64,000 nucleotides of DNA from Clostridia bacterium (lineage in GTDB: Bacteria > Bacillota > Clostridia > Christensenellales > CAG-138): contig JAGACA010000007.1 in NCBI GenBank assembly GCA_017614315.1, positions 68,433 through 132,432 of the forward strand. Direction: 5' to 3'. Positions 46,001-51,771 of this stretch are shown here, piece after piece (the first letter of the stretch is position 1; each line of letters begins with the position of its first letter). The position numbers were made by a program, and so were the translations under genes. The notes beneath the pieces are model-generated. The model was not told the origin of the DNA. It did not search any database and saw only the letters and a list, made by a program, of their open reading frames with translations.

Positions 46001-46309
46001 GCCGAAGAGCGAAGAGGGGGAGGTCTCGGTGTAGCCGTTGCCGTGGGGGTTGCCCTCGGAATGCTCGACGCAATAGACTATTTCGCCGGTCTCGACGATC
46101 CAGTGCTTGGGAGTATTGAGATCCTTCCATGTACCGTTGGAGTAATACTCCAGGTAATCGAATGCGCCGTTGTATTCCGACTGGATGGTGACAGTGCCCT
46201 CAGCGTAGGGATGAACGGTGCCGGTAGCGGCAAAGGCACTCATGGGGATGAGGCCGATGCACATGATGGCTGCAAGAAGCAGCGCGAAAATGCGGTTGGT
46301 TTTTGACAT
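43070..46309 (-). CDS. Surface adhesin with candidate N-terminal thioester domain and repeated Cna-B/SpaA-type domains
   Basis: Start re-set to the ATG at 46309 (AAGGAGA upstream; signal peptide MSKTNRIFALLLAAIMCIGLIPMSAFA). IVYCVEHSEG plus RQATANAIRFW resemble the Cys/Gln thioester motifs. Many G.xF.(I/V)Y..G...T(D/N)..G repeats. C-terminal TM helix plus SRKKKQ tail. Confidence 0.75.
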   Translation of the reverse strand: MSKTNRIFALLLAAIMCIGLIPMSAFAATGTVHPYAEGTVTIQSEYNGAFDYLEYYSNGTWKDLNTPKHWIVETGEIVYCVEHSEGNPHGNGYTETSPSSLFGTMTLEGLQSIFMYGYPCNLPDGFTEDEARQATANAIRFWLSEQGEPGSFSFTNRQAHPDWIRAKSGYEHVLTWADELLEHARNRDTITHNITFTPSELQLTKSGSSYTGQTRVTLTNINGGYTLNTSELPSGVSVSGYTGTGNDTLTITASQSLNGSSFVLAAEGSDSRCISNMAAYVPNGDNLQNVFMCATTTQVVATASVSVNTEAFGSLRIVKKGDDGALLGGVKFGIYSDFACENLIKEVTTRSNGVASASDLPVGVVYVKELSTIEPYWIDNTVYTVEIPLNDAVEIEIENQSARGRIRIEKTGEAMTSVITSDTEWGTVNAPVYTAGSLEGAVFQIFDSEMNPVATITTDEYGVAESDYLDFGTYTVVEVTAPEGYVRDETFHTVTVSYEDGDTPVVVETLTFDNARKHASMKLKKMTEFFNRKSMSFEPIGGNGFVFGLYTAENIGILPIDTLVEILITNDRGVASTKTDLPAGHYYLRELAVPDPTIYLSTESYPVDLTGDKEYIDNIYYFSNPIVNDMFKTNIAIWKLDENDTHIGLPGAVFEVYDDEGFVYCQMTTDDHGYAVSIDLPIGTYHIREIKAPDGYVISDEVIDVTITTEDKNTVVIERTNGKNEIIIRKSDVATGEFLEGATFEIYSANGELYATVTTGNGGIIRLEAIPVGHYTMIETVAPVGYALSNRTYSFDVDENGNVSGDLSITDEPTDLIIDKVNTYTGQPFAGIEFTLLDSNGEIVRTRMTANGYRVPDENGEETFFTDANGHAEIRYLPAGEYSLVENVPTGYLSDGIVSVSITDQNGTRNPAHYTVENTPTGLIIHKIDQETGNPLSGAGFRLKVRNGLGFDTLTFDLMDDGSYFYNADGTGAYTDLMVNGMGDLVIYGLPLGYVWIEEVVTPDGYFPIAAQKAEITEETSFTNPIELIIKNSKYIKLGMDSDWWEFPALVGGITLAVGGAVAYIVIASRKKKQESSEA

Positions 46310-46338
46310 ATAGTTCTCCTTGTGTAGTTTTGTGATTT

Positions 46339-46399
46339 GGTTAATTGGGTTTCTATAATTCACCCTGTATGCTGGAAGGTGAATTATATGGGTTAATTG
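46339..46399. promoter_or_regulatory. Dyad-symmetric control region upstream of the adhesin gene
   Basis: Perfect 10-bp inverted repeat ATAATTCACC (46355-46364) / GGTGAATTAT (46378-46387), flanked by GGTTAATTG direct repeats. A minus-strand TATAAT (46383-46388) lies inside the right arm. Confidence 0.45.
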
Positions 46400-46608
46400 C
46401 GAAGGCCGCAGTGATCGCTGCAGCTTGGCTGATCTTCGTCAGCATGCCATACTCCGATCCTGCGGTCTTTAGCTTTGTTCATTTGGTGATTCTTTTGCCG
46501 GTGTTTACGGTATCTGTTCCGGTTATGCGGTACATCCTTGTAAAACCCCGGTTTTTCTCTCATGAGCCGATCGATGTACTGAAGGTGAGCAGTGGGGAGA
46601 AGGCTCAT
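46393..46608 (-). CDS. Possible 71-aa basic protein, ATGA-coupled to the upstream gene
   Basis: The ATG at 46608 overlaps the TGA stop of 46605-47072. Sequence MSLLPTAHLQYIDRLMREKPGFYKDVPHNRNRYRKHRQKNH.... No family recognised. Confidence 0.3.
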   Translation of the reverse strand: MSLLPTAHLQYIDRLMREKPGFYKDVPHNRNRYRKHRQKNHQMNKAKDRRIGVWHADEDQPSCSDHCGLRN

Positions 46609-47072
46609 TCCGTCAACCCCACGAAGTCTTCGTATTCCTCCAGAACACATTCGGGATCCAGTTCGATTTCAGTCTGGAGCAGGTACTCAAGCTCATCGGC
46701 AATCGCCTCGGCAAACTTCAGCCAGATGCCATTCCTGCCAAGACCTGCAAGGGCCCTTACAGGGAAGGGCATGGTCTCGTTCAGAGAAGCGACGCGTTCA
46801 GCGAGCAGATCGTACATGGCATCCTCGTCATGCGACCTCGCAGCCTCAAAGTACTTATTGAGGATGTCGGTTTCGGCGTCGCGCAGATACATGGCGCATT
46901 CCAGCGCAAGAACGCAGTAATGCGCGTTGTTTTTCGGCTTGAAGTCTCCGTCGACATAGCCGGTGACGCGGAGGTAATCCTGCGCGGTCCATGTGTTCAG
47001 TTTTGACGTCCTGCGGCTCTGAAGAAGCGCAGTGGCGTTCCGGGTGGTTTCTTTTTCGTTGTTGTTGATCAA
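46605..47072 (-). CDS. Hypothetical protein (155 aa)
   Basis: ORF immediately downstream of parB (1-nt gap). No motif recognised. Confidence 0.45.
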   Translation of the reverse strand: MINNNEKETTRNATALLQSRRTSKLNTWTAQDYLRVTGYVDGDFKPKNNAHYCVLALECAMYLRDAETDILNKYFEAARSHDEDAMYDLLAERVASLNETMPFPVRALAGLGRNGIWLKFAEAIADELEYLLQTEIELDPECVLEEYEDFVGLTE

Positions 47073-47073
47073 G

Positions 47074-48015
47074 TTATCGTTCCTCCTGATAAGTTTTTAT
47101 GTTTTCACGTTTTTGACGGTACTCTTCCAGTAAGCGGATTATCGTTTCCTCGATAACTTTCCCGGGAGTACCTTCGGGGAAGTACTTCGCAACGGTAGAA
47201 TGCCTGAATGTGATAGTCGTGTACATCGGCTTATCGACGGTCATTATGTCTACTATCCGCTCATCGGTCAGCTTGCCTTCTGCAGCCTTCTTGTGAAGCT
47301 GAATAGCCTGTGCCAGCGAGGGAGAGATCACTTCGCTTGCCATTATCTCGAATACGATCTCCTGATCTGCTGGATCGAGATACGAGATCTCAACGGCGGG
47401 ATTGAAAGCCAGACCGCCGCTGTCGACATAATCCAATAAGGCGGGGATAAGGCTGTTCAGGCGGATGAAGCGTTGTACTTGAGTTCCACTATCACCGGCA
47501 GTTTCGCCAATAGACTCACGGGTTCGCAACTTCGGACCAACTTGGTCCGAAGTTAGGTCGCGTCTTTCTCCTTGCCGTTTTAGAGCTTCCATTTTCATTT
47601 GATATGCCTTGGCTTTTTCACTTGGCAACAGCCGATCCCTCTGGCAAATATTGCTGTCTACCATGAGGATAACAGCGGTATCGTCATCCATTTCGCGGAT
47701 CGTAGCGGGTATCTTCTTTATGCCTGCTCTGCGGCAGGCTTCAACGCGGTTGTGTCCTGCAATGATTTCATATCCGTCTCCCGTCTTGAGCGGGCGGACC
47801 AGTATCGGACTCGTTACGCCGCTTTCCAATACGCTTTCGACCATCTGCTGCATCTTTTCTTCGGGATAAATCCGAAAAGGATGATCCTTGAAGGGAACAA
47901 GGCTTTCGATGTCGAGCGCAGCCAACCCCGGAATATCACCGCCTCCGTCTGTCGGTTTAAAGAGATCATCGTATGGCTTGAACGTCACGCCCGACGCGCT
48001 CGAGGGTTTTGTCAT
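47074..48015 (-). CDS. parB: ParB/Spo0J-family protein
   Basis: 313 aa. ParB box ILVRPLKTGDGYEIIAGHNRVEACRRAG. Confidence 0.85.
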   Translation of the reverse strand: MTKPSSASGVTFKPYDDLFKPTDGGGDIPGLAALDIESLVPFKDHPFRIYPEEKMQQMVESVLESGVTSPILVRPLKTGDGYEIIAGHNRVEACRRAGIKKIPATIREMDDDTAVILMVDSNICQRDRLLPSEKAKAYQMKMEALKRQGERRDLTSDQVGPKLRTRESIGETAGDSGTQVQRFIRLNSLIPALLDYVDSGGLAFNPAVEISYLDPADQEIVFEIMASEVISPSLAQAIQLHKKAAEGKLTDERIVDIMTVDKPMYTTITFRHSTVAKYFPEGTPGKVIEETIIRLLEEYRQKRENIKTYQEER

Positions 48016-48790
48016 GATCGATCACCTCCCTCGTGAAAGCTTCATATGCTATTCCTACAGGGTTCTTAGGGTCATAGCCGAATACGCTCCTGCCGTTCAC
48101 ATTGCTTTCCGTCATCTTTATGGACTTGGGTATCTCGGTGTCGAAGACTTTGATCATTCCGCCATACGCTTCACGGAGCTTTTGTACAAGCTCTTTCGTG
48201 AAATTCGGACGCTTGTCCATCATGGTGACGAGGACGCCTTCTATATTTAGAGAAGGGTTTATCTTCTTCCTGACCTTTGAAACGGTGGAGAGGAGCATCT
48301 GCAGGCCGGCGTTTGAAAAGAACTCCGGCTGCGTGGGGATGAGTACGCTGTCCGCTGCAGTGAGCGCGTTCAGTGTGAGTACGTTCAGGCTAGGCGCACA
48401 GTCAATGAGTATGTAGTCATAATCGGGCTTTACCGCGTCAACGAACTGACGCAGCATGCTTTCGCGGTTCATCTCATTGACCAATGCCAGCTCAAAACGT
48501 GAGAGCTGTATGCTCGAAGGCATCAGGTCGACGCCCTCGGCTGCGGTGAGTATTCCCTCGAACGGGTCGATCGGCTCTTCGTTCATTGCTTTTGCGAGGA
48601 CGTTCGAGACAGTGTATTCCATATCGTCCGGGGACTTGAAACCGAGCGCCATTGTGAGGTTGGCCTGAGGATCGAAATCGATCGCCAGCACTGCATATCC
48701 CTGCCGCACAAGTCCGGCGCTCAGGTTTACGGCGGTGGAGGTTTTCCCAACACCGCCTTTTTGGTTCGCTATTGCGATTACTTTGGTCAT
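47966..48790 (-). CDS. parA: ParA/Soj-family ATPase
   Basis: Start re-set to the ATG at 48790 (GGAG upstream). Deviant Walker A IANQKGGVGKTSTAVNL. Confidence 0.9.
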   Translation of the reverse strand: MTKVIAIANQKGGVGKTSTAVNLSAGLVRQGYAVLAIDFDPQANLTMALGFKSPDDMEYTVSNVLAKAMNEEPIDPFEGILTAAEGVDLMPSSIQLSRFELALVNEMNRESMLRQFVDAVKPDYDYILIDCAPSLNVLTLNALTAADSVLIPTQPEFFSNAGLQMLLSTVSKVRKKINPSLNIEGVLVTMMDKRPNFTKELVQKLREAYGGMIKVFDTEIPKSIKMTESNVNGRSVFGYDPKNPVGIAYEAFTREVIDHDKTLERVGRDVQAIR

Positions 48791-48933
48791 GGTGTCAGTC
48801 TCCATATTAGTAGTAGAGGTTATACCTCGTCGGGCCGTCGTTCTCACGCATATCCTGTTTCAGATCCCCGCATGCTTGTGCCGGGCCGTCCAATGCTGTG
48901 AAGCGTTCAAGACGGAAGTATCATTATGTTGTT

Positions 48934-49019
48934 GCCCGATTTGGCTATTCAGTTTTCAAAGAACTCAGAGAGCCTTGAAGATTGCCCTCTACTAACTAGC
49001 TTGAAAATCGGGCTTTTTT
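48934..49019 (+). terminator. Plus-strand terminator-like structure with no plus-strand ORF upstream (possible small RNA 3' end)
   Basis: The 9-bp stem GCCCGATTT (48934-48942) / AAATCGGGC (49005-49013) encloses about 62 nt and is followed by TTTTTT. Confidence 0.3.
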
Positions 49020-49063
49020 CAGGGCAGCCAAGAAAATATATTTTTTGCTAAGGAAACGAGTGC

Positions 49064-49097
49064 ACAAAAAAAGCCGGTTTTCGTTGAGAAAACCGAC
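49064..49097 (-). terminator. Possible minus-strand terminator between the tRNA locus and parA
   Basis: Stem CGGTTTT/AAAACCG (49075-49081/49089-49095), followed on the minus strand by CTTTTTTTG. AT-rich stem, so weak. Confidence 0.35.
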
Positions 49098-49217
49098 TGG
49101 AAGAGTTTGAGGGAAGGGAAACAGCTTTGTGATGAACAGATCAAGATGACGGGTATAATCGGAGAGTGAAACCCAAAACAGTATATGTGGGTTTCGAAAA
49201 GCGCCGAGCTAAGGGGT

Positions 49218-49238
49218 AATTGTAGTAAAATTGTAGTA
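49218..49238. repeat. Tandem 10-bp direct repeat AATTGTAGTA x2
   Basis: Copies at 49218-49227 and 49229-49238, identical, with a 1-nt spacer. Confidence 0.8.
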
Positions 49239-49242
49239 CAGG

Positions 49243-49259
49243 GTCGCCACTTTGGCGAC
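49243..49259. repeat. Perfect 7-bp inverted repeat GTCGCCA-CTT-TGGCGAC
   Basis: Read directly from the sequence, adjacent to the iterons. Confidence 0.8.
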
Positions 49260-49348
49260 ATTGGAACATCATAACCGCGTTCCAATAGCGCCGCCAGAGT
49301 GATTCCAATAGCGCCGGTTTGGAGCACATGTGGATTCCAATGACGACG
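49258..49348. repeat. Iteron-like TTCCAAT(A/G)(G/A)CG(C/A)CG repeats (3 direct plus 1 inverted half-site)
   Basis: TTCCAATAGCGCCG at 49280-49293 and 49304-49317. TTCCAATGACGACG at 49335-49348. Inverted ATTGGAA at about 49260. Confidence 0.75.
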
Positions 49349-49363
49349 GTGGCTGGCGATATC

Positions 49364-49410
49364 AGAATAAAGTAAAAGCCCCGAAACCTTAATGATTTCG
49401 GGGCTTTTTT
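49364..49410. terminator. Bidirectional terminator immediately 3' of tRNA-Arg
   Basis: 9-bp stem GCCCCGAAA/TTTCGGGGC (49378-49386/49396-49404). T-runs on both strands (TTTTTT on plus; TTTTACTTTATT on minus). Confidence 0.75.
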
Positions 49411-49486
49411 GGCACACTTGTCGGGATTCGAACCCGAGACCTTCCGCTTAGGAGGCGGACGCTCTATCCTGCTGAGCTACAAGTGC
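49410..49486 (-). tRNA. tRNA-Arg (anticodon CCU), CCA encoded
   Basis: Minus strand: GCACTTG TA GCTC AGCAGGATA GAGC G TCCGC CTCCTAA GCGGA AGGTC TCGGG TTCGAAT CCCGA CAAGTGT G CCA. All four stems pair (G1:U72 wobble). Confidence 0.9.
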
Positions 49487-49535
49487 GTATATGGGTTCTA
49501 TACACACCAGATGATGACGATATTAAATTTTCGGG

Positions 49536-49583
49536 CCTTCCGCTTAGGAGGCGAACGCTCTATCCTGCTGAGCTACGGAGAGA
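49536..49583 (-). pseudogene. Truncated 5' portion (acceptor strand to variable loop) of a second tRNA-Arg(CCU)
   Basis: Minus strand: CTCTCCG TA GCTC AGCAGGATA GAGC G TTCGC CTCCTAA GCGGA AGG. It is 39/40 identical to the intact gene from the D-arm to the variable loop, but has a different acceptor strand. No T-arm or 3' acceptor follows. Confidence 0.8.
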
Positions 49584-49610
49584 CGATCCCTTTTTCAAGG
49601 GCCGACCAAT

Positions 49611-49639
49611 ATAATACCAAACGGCGCTGAAAAAGTCAA
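49611..49639 (-). promoter_or_regulatory. Near-consensus sigma-A promoter upstream of the tRNA fragment
   Basis: On the minus strand: TTGACT (49634-49639), 17 nt spacer, TATTAT (49611-49616), about 28 nt upstream of the fragment 5' end. Confidence 0.6.
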
Positions 49640-49665
49640 CAGCTAAAAATAATATCTTTGACCGT

Positions 49666-50463
49666 TCAGTCTTCATCCTTAACGTACCTCACGTACTCGT
49701 AATCGCTGTGCTCGGCGGCGGTTTTTTTAAGCCAGCCGTACACCTCGTCCCTGAGCCTCGTCTTCGCTTCGGGGGCGGGGAGGGAGGCGTCGGGGAAGAA
49801 CGGCTCGCTCACGTAAACTACGCGCCTCGGCGATCTCATAAGCCTCATCAGCCCTCTTCGGCGGGTATAGGTCGTGCAGACGGCGATCGCGGGGACGCCG
49901 TCCTTCACGGGATAGCGGAACGAGCCTGCCTTGAAATCGCGCACGAAGGTGCAGTACGGCCAGATGTGCGCCTCGGGGAATATCATCACGGGGGCGCCCT
50001 CACCTATGCGGTATCCGATCGCATCGACGAACGGCGGTACCGCGTCGCGCTCGGTGGGCACGGGTATCGCGCCGAGCATCTGCACGACGGAGCGGAGCCC
50101 CTTTATCGAGACCGTATCGGGGCTGACGAGTACATGCGCCTTCCTCGGCCAGGTGAGCACCGGCGCGAGGAACGCGTCCGTCCAGCCCGTGTGGTTGGCG
50201 TATATGAAGAAGCCGGTTTTGCACTCCCTGACGAGCTTCCGCATCGCCTTTCGGTTCTTTACGGAATAGCCCGAGAACGCGAATAGTATGAGCCATACGA
50301 TCGGCCAGGCGATCAGGTAATAGGCGGCGAAAGCGGCCGCCTTCCACAGGGCGCCCTTCCTCACAAAGGGGAAATCCTTCGTGACGCTGCAGGCCTTTAT
50401 GCCGTTGCCGGCAAAATCGTCGTTCAGCTCGTCGCGGTAATAGATCACGTCACCTTGCTTCAC
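49666..50463 (-). CDS. Lysophospholipid (1-acyl-sn-glycerol-3-phosphate-type) acyltransferase
   Basis: 265 aa. H(X)4D motif ANHTGWTD and a downstream IFPEAH block. Confidence 0.7.
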   Translation of the reverse strand: MKQGDVIYYRDELNDDFAGNGIKACSVTKDFPFVRKGALWKAAAFAAYYLIAWPIVWLILFAFSGYSVKNRKAMRKLVRECKTGFFIYANHTGWTDAFLAPVLTWPRKAHVLVSPDTVSIKGLRSVVQMLGAIPVPTERDAVPPFVDAIGYRIGEGAPVMIFPEAHIWPYCTFVRDFKAGSFRYPVKDGVPAIAVCTTYTRRRGLMRLMRSPRRVVYVSEPFFPDASLPAPEAKTRLRDEVYGWLKKTAAEHSDYEYVRYVKDED

Positions 50464-51595
50464 GCTTTGCCTCCATGTTCCCGACGATCATCTTTTCCAT
50501 CTCGTCCATGCAGTGATCGAAATTGAACTGCTCGGAGTATCCGCGATAGCTCATCGAACAGCTCGCCTTCTCGCGCGGGTGTTCTATCCACCAGTCGATC
50601 TTTTCGGCAAGATCCTTAGGATCGCCGCACTTGAACAGGTTCCTGTCGCTCTGCGCGAAATACCTTGTCGCGGAGCGCTTTGAATCGCTTATGACCGGGA
50701 CGAGCCCGCAGGAGATCGCCTCGAGGCACGCGATGGCCTCTATCTCGATCTCGGCGGGATGCACATATAAATCGGCGTAATTCAATACTTCCGTCATCTC
50801 CTCGCGCGTGAAGAACCGGAATATCGGCGCGTTGGGAAGCTTCTTGGATCTCCTTTTGAGCTTGTCCTCGAGTGGGCCGCATCCGGCGAAGATAAGCTGG
50901 AGCTTATCGCGGTAGCGGGAAAGGTTCGCCGCGTCGATCAGCACGCTGTGGGACTTTTCGCGGCTGTACCTGCCCGTAAAGAGTATCACGAAGCGATCCT
51001 TGAGCTCCTCGGGCTTTTCGGCCTCGCGCGGGTAAAACGCGCGGTTCACGCCGTTCGAAATGACGCGGTGAACGGTCTTGTGCCCGATCTCGCTTTCGAA
51101 TACCTGCCTTATGAATTCGGTGGGGTAGTGGATGCAGTCGGCGTAGCGGTAAACATGCCTGTAAAAAATGCGGTACATGAGCTTGTTCACGCCGCGCGAG
51201 TTCATTAAGAATATGTGGTTGGTGAAGTTCTCCGCCTGACAGTGGAACCCGGCGGTGAAGGGTATGCCCGCTTCGCGGATAAGCTTAACGGCCTGCGACG
51301 TCAGAAAAAAAGGCGTGATGGTGTGCACGGCGTCCGCGCCGTCGAGAGCCTTCGCAAGCGTCGCCCTGTCGCGCTTTGCCATCAGCACGCCGTTCTTTTT
51401 GAGATACCCGTTCAAAGGCCCAAGGTTCAGCGTGGGAACGACATAATAATCCTTTTCGCCCCTTCTGAACTCGTCGGGACAGACCACACGCACCGTGTGA
51501 CCCTTCGCGCGCATGCTCCTTATGAGGTTCATCGCAGCTATCGTCGTGCCGTTGTTTTCCTTCCCGAGCACATCACAAATAACCGTGAGAGTCAT
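50450..51595 (-). CDS. GT4-family glycosyltransferase
   Basis: 381 aa. GT-B pattern with C-terminal ADLYVHPAEIEIEAIACLEAISCGLVPV (E-x7-E region). Confidence 0.7.
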   Translation of the reverse strand: MTLTVICDVLGKENNGTTIAAMNLIRSMRAKGHTVRVVCPDEFRRGEKDYYVVPTLNLGPLNGYLKKNGVLMAKRDRATLAKALDGADAVHTITPFFLTSQAVKLIREAGIPFTAGFHCQAENFTNHIFLMNSRGVNKLMYRIFYRHVYRYADCIHYPTEFIRQVFESEIGHKTVHRVISNGVNRAFYPREAEKPEELKDRFVILFTGRYSREKSHSVLIDAANLSRYRDKLQLIFAGCGPLEDKLKRRSKKLPNAPIFRFFTREEMTEVLNYADLYVHPAEIEIEAIACLEAISCGLVPVISDSKRSATRYFAQSDRNLFKCGDPKDLAEKIDWWIEHPREKASCSMSYRGYSEQFNFDHCMDEMEKMIVGNMEAKREAR

Positions 51596-51679
51596 AGCCC
51601 CTCCTTGCGACCGGTCGGACGGCGTCGGAAAAGAAAAAATAATGCCGGTATCAATGCCCTTGCCGTCCCGTATTATGCG

Positions 51680-51729
51680 GAAAAAAGAAAAAAATTACTC
51701 CGCGTCTTTATTATACAGCAGACGCGGAG
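51680..51729 (-). terminator. Rho-independent terminator after cadA
   Basis: Perfect 10-bp stem CTCCGCGTCT/AGACGCGGAG (51698-51707/51720-51729), followed on the minus strand by TAATTTTTTTCTTTTTT. Confidence 0.75.
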
Positions 51730-51771
51730 CAAAGTCAACAGCTTGTTTATAAAATTATTTCATCTAATCTT

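Larger units (their letters stand above)
442..49535. mobile_element. Integrative conjugative element (Tn916-like layout: int/xis/regulation - cargo - T4SS/relaxase - parAB); boundaries approximate
   Basis: Tyrosine integrase plus Xis-like genes at one end. Complete MPF/MOB set present (VirB4, VirD4, VirB6-like, PrgI, Maff2, PcfB, relaxase, MobC, NlpC/P60, sortase, adhesin). parAB lies next to a tRNA-Arg locus. No att direct repeat could be identified, so the ends are not resolved. Confidence 0.65.

Noticed and set aside
42977-46306. 1,109-aa plus-strand ORF spanning the whole adhesin region
   Set aside because: It is the antisense shadow of the 43070-46309 adhesin gene. The translation is low-complexity (G/V/D/A-rich) with no RBS or recognisable motif. 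The minus-strand frame has a signal peptide, domain repeats and an RBS.
49409-49630. 73-aa plus-strand ORF across the tRNA locus
   Set aside because: It overlaps the tRNA-Arg gene and its truncated copy in antisense. The translation repeats itself because of the duplicated tRNA sequence.
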